Shown piece after piece: positions 1-9,845 of a DNA stretch of 64,000 nt. The notes beneath the pieces are model-generated. The model was not told the origin of the DNA. It did not search any database and was given only the letters and a program-made list of their open reading frames with translations. A program made the position numbers and the translations under genes. The stretch lies in assembly GCA_963789445.1 (NCBI GenBank), contig CAWBKS010000001.1, positions 1,947,846-2,011,845 of the forward strand, given 5' to 3'. Origin of the DNA: an uncultured Actinomycetes bacterium (lineage in GTDB: Bacteria > Actinomycetota > JAICYB01). The first letter of the stretch is position 1, and each line of letters begins with the position of its first letter.

Positions 1-2
1 TG

Positions 3-449
3 AACCTGAAGGGCGTCTTCTTCGGATGCCAAGCCGCTGTTCGAGTGATGACACCCCAGGGGTCGGGATCGATCGTCAACGTGTCGTCTTCGGGAACCGA
101 TGCGCCGGCGAAGCGTTACGGGCTTTACGCACTGACGAAAGCTGCCGTTTCGATGCTTACGAAGACGCTGGCCGTCGAGGTCGGCAAAGCCGGCATCCGC
201 GTAAACGCGATCGCACCGGGCTCGACCATCACGCCGTTCACCGAGCGGCATCTCGTCGGTCCGGACGGAAAAGTCAACGAGGAGTACTACGACAAGTTCG
301 TCGAGGCGATGCGAAAGCAGTCGCCACTCGGGATCGTCGGCGATCCTGTCGATCAGGCGTACCTGATCCAGTACCTGCTGTCCGATGCCGCGCGCTTCGC
401 CACCGGTGCGATCTGGCGTGCAAACGGGGGCCAGACCTTCAGCTGGTGA
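3..449 (+). CDS. SDR family oxidoreductase (5'-truncated by window edge)
   Basis: Frame open from window start; NLKG, SIVNVSS, catalytic YALTK, IRVNAIAPG motifs. Confidence 0.85.
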   Translation, partial: NLKGVFFGCQAAVRVMTPQGSGSIVNVSSSGTDAPAKRYGLYALTKAAVSMLTKTLAVEVGKAGIRVNAIAPGSTITPFTERHLVGPDGKVNEEYYDKFVEAMRKQSPLGIVGDPVDQAYLIQYLLSDAARFATGAIWRANGGQTFSW

Positions 450-450
450 T

Positions 451-1806
451 TTACGCGTCGAGCTCGCGCAACGCGTCCTCGACGCCCCGATGGAACGTAG
501 GGTAGGCATAGATCATCTGGCGCAGAGTTGGGATCGGGATCCGCGCGTGCACTGCAAGCGTGAGCATCGACAGCACCTCGCCTCCGACGGGACCTGCTGA
601 CGTCGCGCCGACGAGGACTCCGCGTTCGCGGTCCGCGATGAGCTTGATGAACCCCACGCCCTTGTGGATCCAGCCGCGCGTCGACTTGGACACATCCGAC
701 ATGCCGACGGCGACATCGATCCCGTCTTCGCGCGCCTCGGCCTCCGTCTTCCCGGTAGCTCCGATCTCAGGGTCGGTGAACGTCACGCGCGGAAGCGCTC
801 TGTAGTCGGCCGGCGCGTGCTCTTGTCCCAGGATGTCGGCGATCGCAATTCCAGCCTGGTACATCGAGACGTGCGTGAACGCGCCCTTCCCGGTGACGTC
901 GCCGATGGCCCACAGGCCTTCGGCGACGCGCATGTGCTCGTCGACTTCGACGTAGTGGGCTTTGGGGTCGCCACCGGCCGCCGCGATGCCGATCTCTTCG
1001 AGATCGGCGCGGCGGCCGGTGGCGACCAACAAACGTTCGGCCGCGATCTCCCTTCCGTCCTCGAGGATCAAACCGATCTTTCCGTCCACCTTGGCCGCGG
1101 ACGCTGCTTTGGACCCACGCACGACGAAGATGGCCTCTTCCTCGAAAGCGCCGGCGATGATCTCGCATGCTTCCGGCTCTTCCTTCTCTAGCAGGCGGCT
1201 CCCTCCCTCGATGATGGCCACACGCGCTCCGAAGCGAGAGAACACCTGGCCCAGCTCGGCCCCCATGGGACCTCCGCCGAGCACAAGCAGTGAGTGCGGA
1301 ACCGTCTCGGTCTCGATCGCTTCGCGATTCGTCCAATAATCGACGCCGTCGAGACCGTCGATGTCCGGGATCAACGGTTTGCTGCCGGTCGCGACGATTA
1401 CGGCGCGCCCGGCTGTGTACTCGGCGCCGTCGACCTCGACCGACTTCGTCCCGGTCAGCTTTCCCTTCCCTCGCAGGAACCGGCCGCCCTTCGATTCGAA
1501 CCGCTCGACGGCGACGTCGTCATTCCAGTCGTCCGTGGCTTCCCTGCGGATACGGGCTGCGACGCGGCCCCAGTCACGCGTGATGGTGGCGTGACCGACC
1601 ATGGACTCGATCCGCCGCGCCTCGGCAACCAGGTTGCCCGCGCGGATCATCATCTTGGACGGGATGCACGCCCAGTACGGACATTCACCGCCAACCAGGT
1701 TGTTCTCGATCCCGATGACATCGAGCCCGGCCTCGGCCAGCTTGCCGGCAGCATGCTCGCCGCCCGGGCCCAGACCGAGCACGATGACGTCCGCAGTCGT
1801 CTTCAT
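451..1806 (-). CDS. Pyridine nucleotide-disulfide oxidoreductase (dihydrolipoamide dehydrogenase/mercuric reductase-like)
   Basis: GLGPGG FAD motif, GGECPYWAC redox disulfide, GGGPMG NAD motif, AIGD, dimerisation domain ending YAYPTF. Confidence 0.85.
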   Translation of the reverse strand: MKTTADVIVLGLGPGGEHAAGKLAEAGLDVIGIENNLVGGECPYWACIPSKMMIRAGNLVAEARRIESMVGHATITRDWGRVAARIRREATDDWNDDVAVERFESKGGRFLRGKGKLTGTKSVEVDGAEYTAGRAVIVATGSKPLIPDIDGLDGVDYWTNREAIETETVPHSLLVLGGGPMGAELGQVFSRFGARVAIIEGGSRLLEKEEPEACEIIAGAFEEEAIFVVRGSKAASAAKVDGKIGLILEDGREIAAERLLVATGRRADLEEIGIAAAGGDPKAHYVEVDEHMRVAEGLWAIGDVTGKGAFTHVSMYQAGIAIADILGQEHAPADYRALPRVTFTDPEIGATGKTEAEAREDGIDVAVGMSDVSKSTRGWIHKGVGFIKLIADRERGVLVGATSAGPVGGEVLSMLTLAVHARIPIPTLRQMIYAYPTFHRGVEDALRELDA

Positions 1807-1869
1807 CGACAACGGGAACGTACCCCATCGCGCGGCGGAGAACGCACCTGATGTAAAAGCGTCCGACGG

Positions 1870-2742
1870 CTAGTCGGGCTCCCGGCCGCCGATCTTCTCT
1901 GTGATCACGCTGCACGCGTAACGAAGCCGTTCCGCGTAGCGAGGAACTTCTCCGGCGCCGATGTCGCCTTGGAACCCAATGAGGAAGAGCGCAAGGGCGA
2001 CGCGGCCCGAAGGATCGAAAACCGGCGCGCCGATGTGGTTGAGCCGGTAGCTCGAAGAGTTATCGAGCTCGATGAGCGCGTATTCGTCGACGCGGATCGT
2101 CCGGACGTTCTCCTCGAGCGTTCGGCGCCGCCGGCGCTGCGAAGCCGACTCCTCGGTCTTGACGGGCTCTCCGCCGAGGCCGAGCGAGTAGCCGCGTGCC
2201 CGCACCGACTCCACGGCATGGCGGTAGCGCGGCGAGGTCGGCTTTGGTCGCCGTCGGGCCGACCATGTCGCAAGCCAGTGATCGATATCGGCTGGTGACG
2301 ACCAGGCGACGAAGACCGTTCCCAGCGGCGGCGCCATCGGCAGTCGCTGGCCGGGCTGCACGTCGATACCGAACGGACGACGCGAGCTGGTCTGCGTGAG
2401 GATCACGATCTGGTCCTCGATGGCGGTCGATGCAACGCAATCCAGACCGAGCTCGTCGGAGAGCCCCTGCATCTGCGGGACGGCCAGCTGCACAGCCGGG
2501 TTCGCTTCAACGGCCGCGCCACCCAGCGCGACGAGAGCCGGGCCCAGGCCGTAGGTCTTCTTCTCTTCTTCGCGCAGGACGAAACCCGACTCTGTGAGGG
2601 CGCCGAGGATCGCGTGCAGCGTTGCCTTGTTCAGATCGGTCGACCGCGCGATCTCAGACAGCGTGTACCGGTCGTCGGGATGAGCCGCGAGGAAGTTCAG
2701 AACGGCGATCGAACGTTCGACGGCGGGGGCGCGGCGGGCCAT
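1870..2742 (-). CDS. IclR family transcriptional regulator
   Basis: N-terminal HTH (AVERSIAVL...LSEIARSTDLNKATLHAIL), C-terminal GAPVFD effector domain. Confidence 0.85.
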   Translation of the reverse strand: MARRAPAVERSIAVLNFLAAHPDDRYTLSEIARSTDLNKATLHAILGALTESGFVLREEEKKTYGLGPALVALGGAAVEANPAVQLAVPQMQGLSDELGLDCVASTAIEDQIVILTQTSSRRPFGIDVQPGQRLPMAPPLGTVFVAWSSPADIDHWLATWSARRRPKPTSPRYRHAVESVRARGYSLGLGGEPVKTEESASQRRRRRTLEENVRTIRVDEYALIELDNSSSYRLNHIGAPVFDPSGRVALALFLIGFQGDIGAGEVPRYAERLRYACSVITEKIGGREPD

Positions 2743-3532
2743 CAGAGGTTCATCGGGTACGGGAACTTGACGCCGACACCGCCGTCCACGACGAGCGTCT
2801 GTCCGGTGACGTAGCCGGCGAGGTCGGATGCGAGGAACAAGATCCCGGAGGCGATGTCCTCGGGAAGCGCCACGCGTCCGAGCGGAGCGTTGCGGCTCTG
2901 TCCCTCGCGGCCTTTCTCACCGAGGTACTGCGAGACGCGCGGCGTCCACACCACACCGGGTGCGACGGCATTGACGCGGATCCCCTTGGGACCGAGCTCG
3001 ACCGCCAGGGACCGGACCCACGACATCAAAGCGGCCTTCGCTGCGCCGTAAGCGGCGTGCCGGGGGCCGACGAGATCCCGCTGACGGACGCGACGAAGAC
3101 CATCGCGCCGCCGTTGGTCATCGCTTTGGCCGCAGCCTGCGAGAAGACGAAGGCGTGGCGCAGCACGATGTCGAACGTCCATTCCCAGTCCTCGTCCGAC
3201 GTTTCGACGGCGTCGAGGTACTTGGCCATGCCGACGATGTCGACGAGCCCGTCGATGCCTCCGAACTCGGAGACACACAGTTCGACGGCCTTCTGAGCGT
3301 CCTCGCGTTTGGTCGCGTCGGCCACGCACGGAACGCCGCCCACCTCGGCCGAGATCTCCTTGGCGAGGTCCTCGCGGTTGTCGATGCAGATGAGCTTCGC
3401 GCCGACGGAGGACAAGGCGTGCGACGCCTGACGTCCGATGCCCTGGCCGGCCCCGACGACGACGAACCGCTTTCCGTCGAGGCGAAGCAGCCCCGGGTAG
3501 TCGGGAACCGGCGTGTCGTCGGTTGAAACCAT
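2742..3532 (-). CDS. SDR family oxidoreductase (one frameshift near 3065)
   Basis: GAGQGIG in ORF 3026..3532; YGAAK, IRVNAVAPG, VTGQTLVVDGG in ORF 2742..3329. Confidence 0.8.
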
Positions 3533-3541
3533 ATGGATGCC

Positions 3542-4727
3542 TCAGTCGACGATCGACGAAAGCGTCGTGTCACTCGGGTCGGTCTTCGCCGTGACGCGCT
3601 GCGAGACCTGGATGCCGTCCTGCTCGAGCGCCGGGATCACGTGGGTGCCGAGTAGCTCGATCGTCCGCATGATCGATGCGTGCGACAGGAACCCGAACTG
3701 CACGTAGCAGATCACCTGGTCGACGCCGAGCTTCTCGTACTCCTTGAACTTCGCGTAGCACTGGTCGGGGTCGCCCACGATGATCATGTGGACGTCGTTG
3801 AAGACCTTCGGGTCCAGCTCGCCGGCGGCGTGCTTGGACAGCATCGGGAAGAGACGGTCCTTCTCCTCCTGCGCGAAGTGCGGGAACTCCCACTCGAGCG
3901 TGAACTCGGCGAGGTGCTGGTACCACCACCACACGGAGTCCCAGATGCCGTTGCGTTCGCAGCGCTCGAAGGTGTCCGCGCAGTGGACGAGCGTGTATGC
4001 GCTCACCTTGTTCGTGTGCACCTTCGTGAGCGGCTTCGCGATTCTTCTGGCCTTCGCGGTAGTCGTTGATGTGCTCGGCCATCTTCGACAGCGGCTGCAT
4101 GATCGCGAAGGAGAGGAGACCCGAGCCCATGCTCGCCGGCCTGGCGCGCGCTGCCCGTCGAGACCGCGGCCTGCCAGCACGGCGGGTGCGGGTCCTGCAC
4201 CGGCTTAGGCGTGACCATGCGCCTGGGAAACTTCAAGCCAGTCGTCGTCGCGCTCGTAGTACTCCGATTCCCACATGTCGACGACGGTGCGGGCCGTCTC
4301 GTACATGTCGTCCTTAGATGTTTCGGTGTTCACGCCGAAAGCCGTCTGCTCCATCGGCGTCGAGCGGCCGATGCCCCACTCGACTCGGCCCCCGGAAAGG
4401 ACGTCGACCGTCGCAACCTTCTCGGCGACGCGGGCGGGATGGATGAATCCGGGCGGACAGAGAGTTACGCCGAAGCCGAGGCGCAGGTTCTCGAGTGATC
4501 TGAGAAAGGGCGCCGAGGACGACCTCCGAGGACGGCGAGTGCGAGCGGCCCTCACGGAAGTGGTGCTCGACCGACCAGATCGTGTTGAAGCCGAACTTGT
4601 CGGCGAGCTTGATCTGCTCGAAAGCCTCGCGGTAGGCCTTCTGCTCGGCCTCCTTCTGGCCGTAGGGGTGAGGCTTGTTGGGCCAGGGCTTGGGGACGTC
4701 GATCTCGTAGAGCAGGTCGAGCTTCAT
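3542..4727 (-). CDS. LLM class flavin-dependent oxidoreductase (several frameshifts)
   Basis: Fragments with WSVEHHF, HPARVAEKVATVDVLSGGRVEWGIGR, IVGDPDQC...VIPAL; GGAGG RBS before ATG at 4727. Confidence 0.8.
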
Positions 4728-4806
4728 GGTGGCCTCCTAGCGGCTTGTTTGCTAGAGCAAATCAGTGGTCCAGATAGGAAACCCTAGACACAAGGCCTCG
4801 GGACTG

Positions 4807-5988
4807 TCAAGCGCGTGCCGGGTGGTGCGTTGGACGCCATGAGATCGCCAAACCGACCAACGCGCTGATCAGCGATCCACCCAGCACGCCCATCTTCGCC
4901 TCGGTGACGAGCCGCTCGTCGGTGAAAGCCAATCCGGTGATGAACAAAGAAACGGTGAAGCCGATGCCGGCCAGTGCCGCTCCCCCCACCAAGTCGCGCG
5001 TTCCGACGTTCCTGGGAAGGCGACCGAAGCCCAAGCGGCGGCTCAGTACGGCCGCGCCGACGATTCCGACCAGCTTTCCGAGCAACAATCCCGCGGCGAT
5101 TCCCCAAAACACCCGTGACCCGGCCGCGTCACGCAACGAGTCGACCGTCAATATCAGTCCGGCGTTGGCCAGCGCGAACACAGGAACTACGAGGTAAGAC
5201 GACGCCGGATGCAACGTGTCTTCCAGGGTGGATAGAACCGAACGTCCGGCGAAAATACCGGCCGGGGTTAAGAGTCCGAGCACGACGCCGGCGATGGTCG
5301 GGTGGATGCCGGACTCGAACATGGCGATCCACAGGGCGATCGCGGGCAGGACGTACGCGAGCGGACTGGCGACCTTGACTGCGCGTAGCGCGACGACGAA
5401 TACGACCGCGCCGGCCGCCGCCGCAACCCAAAGCCATCGCGTACCGCCGGAATAGAAGAACGCGATGACCACGATCGCCCCAACATCGTCGACCACAGCC
5501 AGCGTCAACAAGAAGATCCGCAGGCCTTGCGGGGTTCGGGGGCCGAGCAGAGCGTTCAATCCGAGAACGAAAGCGATGTCCGTAGCCATCGGGATCCCCC
5601 AACCCGCTGAGCCCGATCCCCCAGCGTTCAGGGCGAGGTAGATCGCCGCGGGGACGACCATTCCACCGACCGCCGCAAAAACGGGTGCAGCGGCGACGCG
5701 TGGATCACGCAGCTCTCCGGAGGCGAACTCCCGCTTTATCTCTAACCCCACGACGAAGAAGAAAAGCGTCATCAGTCCATCGTTGGCCCAATGGCGCAGA
5801 TCGTTGGTGAGCGTGCCGATGTTCAGTTCGGTGTGCCAAAAGGACTCGTAGGCCTCAGTTGAAACATTCGCCCATACCAGTGCGGCCACGGTGGCGCCCA
5901 ACAGGACGAGACCGCCGGTGGTCTCCGTTTGAAGGAAGCGGGCAAGGACGGTCCTGGAGCGATCGAACCGTGGACGCTGCCGGGACAT
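4807..5988 (-). CDS. nhaA: Na+/H+ antiporter NhaA
   Basis: WANDGLMTLFFFVVGLEIKRE, GWGIPMATDIAF, LAVVDD, GIGFTVSLFI signatures; AAGAGGAG RBS. Confidence 0.95.
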   Translation of the reverse strand: MSRQRPRFDRSRTVLARFLQTETTGGLVLLGATVAALVWANVSTEAYESFWHTELNIGTLTNDLRHWANDGLMTLFFFVVGLEIKREFASGELRDPRVAAAPVFAAVGGMVVPAAIYLALNAGGSGSAGWGIPMATDIAFVLGLNALLGPRTPQGLRIFLLTLAVVDDVGAIVVIAFFYSGGTRWLWVAAAAGAVVFVVALRAVKVASPLAYVLPAIALWIAMFESGIHPTIAGVVLGLLTPAGIFAGRSVLSTLEDTLHPASSYLVVPVFALANAGLILTVDSLRDAAGSRVFWGIAAGLLLGKLVGIVGAAVLSRRLGFGRLPRNVGTRDLVGGAALAGIGFTVSLFITGLAFTDERLVTEAKMGVLGGSLISALVGLAISWRPTHHPARA

Positions 5989-6014
5989 AACGCTCCTCTT
6001 GGACGACGACAACT

Positions 6015-6064
6015 AAGTCGCCGACCAGGCTTCCCGGCACACCTGGTGCGAACAATACCAGGCA
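6015..6064 (-). ncRNA. Probable Na+-sensing riboswitch (DUF1646/Na+-I-like) in nhaA leader
   Basis: Minus-strand GGTGTGCCGGGAAGCCTGGTCGGCGAC directly 5' of the nhaA RBS; GCCG/CGGC and ACCAGG/CCTGGT pairings; class assignment from recalled consensus. Confidence 0.55.
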
Positions 6065-6065
6065 A

Positions 6066-8441
6066 CTAAGCGCTCGGCCGCGAGGCTCCGTTGCGGCCCA
6101 GGCGATAGGGAACGGAGGTGAGGATCACTCCCGGCTCCCTGAGGAACATCCCCTTCAGCGTCAACGCCGTCTGGTTGTGAAGCAGGTGGTGCCAAAGCTT
6201 GGCAGGAAGGAACTCGGGCAGGACCACGGTCACCACGGTGTTCGATCCCGATCGCAGGGAACGCAGATATTCGAGCAAAGGTTCCCCTATCTCGCGATAC
6301 GGCGTTTCGAGAACTTCCAAAGGCAGTCCCGGGTCCCAGCTCGCCCAGTCGCGCGTGACTATCTCGCTCTCTTTTTCCTCGACCGATACGTGGACCGCTC
6401 GAAGTCCATCGGACCCAAGCGCCCGCGCATACTCGATCGCCCGCAGCGTCGCGTTGTGCACGCCACTTACCAGAACCACGACTTCGTGTCGTGGCCGACG
6501 GCCGGGAACGAGCGTTTCCGCTCCGCCGAGCTCGACCGTTGGGACGTCGGTGACAACGATCCCGGGAGTGAACAGCAGCGCGGCCTTGACAAGGAACGCC
6601 TTGGGGTTCCCGAGCCGGCTTCTGACCAATCCCGGGCGGATGCGTTCGGAGACGACGAAGGTGACAAAGTCATCCGGTCCCAAGCGAGCTCGGATCGCGC
6701 GGGCGAAGGTCCGAAGACCTTTCGCGAGCCCACCTCGCGGGATCGCAACCGTGCTGAAGGACGGCGCTGTCAGAGCGATTCCGATGCGGCGCGCCCATTG
6801 AGCCTCGAGGCCTTTCGGCTCCCCCGACTCTGCGAAGTGAACGCACTCGAACTCGCTGGGATTCAGCAGCTCCGCATATGCGTAAGCCCGTCTCTCGGCC
6901 ACGCTCGGACGGCCCACTAGAAGGATCACGCTGTGCTGCTCCGCAGGCCCGGGACGGCGCTCCGGATCGCGCAGATCGCGGCCGACCTGCCGGTAGTGCC
7001 CGTTGATCCGGTATAGGACGAACACCACGATCGGAATGGTCACGAGGATGATCCATGCACCGTCGACGAACTTCGTCCCTGCGATGACGACGGTCATCAC
7101 TCCACTGACGACCGCGCCCACTCCATTGATGACGAGCCCGCGCCGCCAGCCCTTCTCCTTGAGGCGAGTGTGGCGTCTCGCCATCCCAGCCTGCGAAAAG
7201 GTGAACGAAGTGAACACGCCGACCGCGTACAAGGGAATCAGGCGAGTAACGCTGGCCTGAAAGACGACTACGAGAATTGCAGCGAACGCCGACAGGACGA
7301 TGATCCCGTTCGAAAAGACTAGGCGATCTCCGTAACGAGTCAGTTGTCGAGGTAGGAAGCGGTCTCCGGCCTGGAAGCTGGCGAGTCGAGGAAAGTCCGC
7401 GTAACTCGTGTTCGCAGCGAGCACGAGGATCAGCAACGTTCCGATCTGGAGCATGTTGAACAAGACGTGCCCGACCGCTTGTTCGCCGAACACGCCCCGG
7501 CCGATCTGAGCGATCACTGTGACGGTCTCGTGAGGATCGGGAACGACGCGCATGTGACGCGCGAGCAGAGACAGGCCCAGGAACATCACGCCCAGGATCC
7601 CTCCCATCCACACGAGAGTTGTTCGAGCGTTACGCCACTCCGGTGAGCGGAAGGCCGGTACGCCGTTGGAGATCGCCTCAACACCCGTCACCGCAGCACC
7701 GCCGGACGCGAAAGCGTGGAGGATGATGAACCAGGTAAGCGACTCCGCCTCCGCCGGTACGGCAAACGTCCGGACGGGCTCGAGATCACCGGCGACCATC
7801 CGGTAGAAACCCGCGACGAGCAGGGCGCCCATCATGGCGATGAAGAAGTAGGTGGGAAGAGCGAAGATGCGGCCCGACTCCTTAACACCGCGCAGGTTCC
7901 CCAAGGCGACGATCGCGATGAAGGCGATCGAGATGACCACCTTCCACGGAAGCAGCTCGGGAACGGCTGATGTGAGAGCCGCCGTGCCCGCCGACACGGA
8001 AACCGAGACCGTGAGGATGTAATCGGTGAGCAGTGCCACCCCGGCGATCTGCGCCGGGAAAAGACCGAAGTTGTCCTTGGTGACGAGATAAGCACCGCCG
8101 GCCTGCGGATAGGCCTTTATTGTCTGCCGGTACGAGAAGATCAGAATCGCCAGCACGCACAGCATGGCCACCGTGATGGGAACGACGAGACTGAAAGCAA
8201 CGGCACCGACGGCGGTCGTAACCAGCAGCACGCGCAGGATCTCTTCGGTGGCGTAGGCCGAGGACGAGAGGTTGTCACTCGCGAACACAGCCAGGGCGGT
8301 GATCTTGCCGAGCCGCTCGTGTTTGAGGTGCTCGGTTGGTTTCGGAGTACCGATCGCAACGCGCTTGATGCGTCGCGACAAACCGGGCGAGCCTGGTTGA
8401 GCCGTCGGTTTGGAAGGTTGCGACTCAGACGTGCGAGTCAC
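6066..8441 (-). CDS. APC-family permease, KimA/YdaO-like K+ importer with tandem C-terminal cytoplasmic domains
   Basis: FASDNLSSSAYATEEIL, AYPQAGGAY, TGVEAISNG, LAANTSYADFPRL, HNQTAL motifs; about 12 TM segments. Confidence 0.85.
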   Translation of the reverse strand: MTRTSESQPSKPTAQPGSPGLSRRIKRVAIGTPKPTEHLKHERLGKITALAVFASDNLSSSAYATEEILRVLLVTTAVGAVAFSLVVPITVAMLCVLAILIFSYRQTIKAYPQAGGAYLVTKDNFGLFPAQIAGVALLTDYILTVSVSVSAGTAALTSAVPELLPWKVVISIAFIAIVALGNLRGVKESGRIFALPTYFFIAMMGALLVAGFYRMVAGDLEPVRTFAVPAEAESLTWFIILHAFASGGAAVTGVEAISNGVPAFRSPEWRNARTTLVWMGGILGVMFLGLSLLARHMRVVPDPHETVTVIAQIGRGVFGEQAVGHVLFNMLQIGTLLILVLAANTSYADFPRLASFQAGDRFLPRQLTRYGDRLVFSNGIIVLSAFAAILVVVFQASVTRLIPLYAVGVFTSFTFSQAGMARRHTRLKEKGWRRGLVINGVGAVVSGVMTVVIAGTKFVDGAWIILVTIPIVVFVLYRINGHYRQVGRDLRDPERRPGPAEQHSVILLVGRPSVAERRAYAYAELLNPSEFECVHFAESGEPKGLEAQWARRIGIALTAPSFSTVAIPRGGLAKGLRTFARAIRARLGPDDFVTFVVSERIRPGLVRSRLGNPKAFLVKAALLFTPGIVVTDVPTVELGGAETLVPGRRPRHEVVVLVSGVHNATLRAIEYARALGSDGLRAVHVSVEEKESEIVTRDWASWDPGLPLEVLETPYREIGEPLLEYLRSLRSGSNTVVTVVLPEFLPAKLWHHLLHNQTALTLKGMFLREPGVILTSVPYRLGRNGASRPSA

Positions 8442-8580
8442 TCTGTACCCGAGACTCGCGGCGCTCGTCGTCGATGATCATCGACCGCGCGTAACGCCAG
8501 GACACGTAGGAATCGAGGGCCGGCCGCAGAAGTAATCCCAAACCGACGCCGATCACGAGACCCACTGCGATGTTGATCAC
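8425..8580 (-). CDS. Small single-pass membrane protein (about 51 aa)
   Basis: Hydrophobic INIAVGLVIGVGLGLLL then charged tail; overlaps the permease start by 17 nt; start codon uncertain (8580 or 8628). Confidence 0.45.
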   Translation of the reverse strand: MINIAVGLVIGVGLGLLLRPALDSYVSWRYARSMIIDDERRESRVQSDSHV

Positions 8581-8649
8581 GTTTTCCGCCTGCCATTCAT
8601 CTGTGTTCTTCGTCCGTTCTATGCGCAAAGGGGCCGGTCATCGCTGGTT

Positions 8650-8698
8650 TTGACGACGGTCTAACGCCGGGATGTGCGGTCTTAACGCACCCTTAACG
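8650..8698. promoter_or_regulatory. Putative KdpE (OmpR-type) binding sites
   Basis: TTGACG 8650, CTAACG 8661, TTAACG 8682, TTAACG 8693: two tandem pairs, 11-bp spacing, in the divergent intergenic region. Confidence 0.55.
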
Positions 8699-8732
8699 GC
8701 CGATTCGTGGGAACCGCGCGAGCCGTACGCTT

Positions 8733-9845
8733 GTGCTGATGGAGAGACGTATCGCTGAGGTAACCCCCGGGATGCGGAGTCCGAGCAACACGAAATCGGA
8801 CCGGCATCCATTGGTCCTTCCTGCTCGCCGCGTAGCGCGCGGTTGGGCCGTGGGGTTGGTTGGTATTCCGCTCCTGACGCTGCTTCTCGTCAATCTGCGC
8901 GACCACATCGAACTATCCGGCGTTCTGCTGCTCTTCCTGGTTTTGGTAGTAGCCGTTTCTGTAGTCGGCGGGATCTGGCCCGCCGTTGCAACAGCGCTCG
9001 CTGCGTTCGTCGTTGCCAACTACTACTTCACGCCGCCCCTATACACGTTCACGATCTACGAAACACATAACGTCCTAGCACTCGTCGTCTTCGTGGTCGT
9101 TGCTGCCACCGTCAGCGCGCTGGTCTCGACTGCAGCTCGGCGGGAAACGGAGGCAACCCGCGCGGCTGCAGTTAACGATCTTCGCGCTGCCCTGTTGGCA
9201 GCCGTGTCACACGATCTGCGTACACCGCTGTCGTCCATAAAGGCCTCGGTGACGACATTGCTGCAGACGGACATCGACTGGCCTCCGGCAACCACGACGG
9301 AGTTCTTGCGAACCATCGATACTGAAGCCGACCGACTGAACAAGCTGGTCGGCAACCTGCTCGATATGAGCAGGCTCCAAACGGGCGGGCTAAACCTCGA
9401 CTTGCGGGAAGTAGGTATCGAGGAAGTGGTCGGCGCGGCCCTCTCGGAGATCGGGGACCGCGCGCATGCGGTCGAGGTCGATGTCCCCGAGACGCTATCT
9501 CGTGTGCACGCCGACCCCGCGCTGTTGGAACGAGCGGTCGCGAACGTCGTCGCCAACGCACTCACGCATGGGCGCGACTCTGCCGGCGTCGAGCTCAATG
9601 CTTTAGAGGAGAACGGTCGCGTTGAGCTAAGCGTCGTTGATCACGGCCCGGGCATTCCGCGAGAACGAAGGACGACGGCTTTCTTGCCCTTCCAAAGACT
9701 CGATGATCAGGCGCACACGGCCGGCGTCGGCCTAGGGCTGCCCGTGGCACGCGGATTCATCGAGGCCATGCAGGGCAGGCTCGTTCTGGACGAAACGCCG
9801 GGCGGCGGGCTGACTGTACGGATCAGCTTGGAAGCCGCATCGTGA
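8733..9845 (+). CDS. kdpD: KdpD-like sensor histidine kinase, short form (4-TM DUF4118-like + HisKA + HATPase)
   Basis: ANYYFTPPLYTFTI membrane domain, SHDLRTPL H-box, DHGPGI and GVGLGL G-boxes; lacks N-terminal KdpD, USP and GAF domains; start uncertain. Confidence 0.75.
   Translation: MLMERRIAEVTPGMRSPSNTKSDRHPLVLPARRVARGWAVGLVGIPLLTLLLVNLRDHIELSGVLLLFLVLVVAVSVVGGIWPAVATALAAFVVANYYFTPPLYTFTIYETHNVLALVVFVVVAATVSALVSTAARRETEATRAAAVNDLRAALLAAVSHDLRTPLSSIKASVTTLLQTDIDWPPATTTEFLRTIDTEADRLNKLVGNLLDMSRLQTGGLNLDLREVGIEEVVGAALSEIGDRAHAVEVDVPETLSRVHADPALLERAVANVVANALTHGRDSAGVELNALEENGRVELSVVDHGPGIPRERRTTAFLPFQRLDDQAHTAGVGLGLPVARGFIEAMQGRLVLDETPGGGLTVRISLEAAS

Noticed and set aside
4737-4765. CTAGC...GCTAG / TTTGCTAGAGCAAA as a KstR2 box
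   Set aside because: Only short, partial symmetry and a poor match to AnCAAGnnCTTGnT
8445-8730. c-di-AMP (ydaO) riboswitch upstream of the KimA-like gene
   Set aside because: No recognisable ydaO consensus; the space is taken by a small ORF and direct repeats
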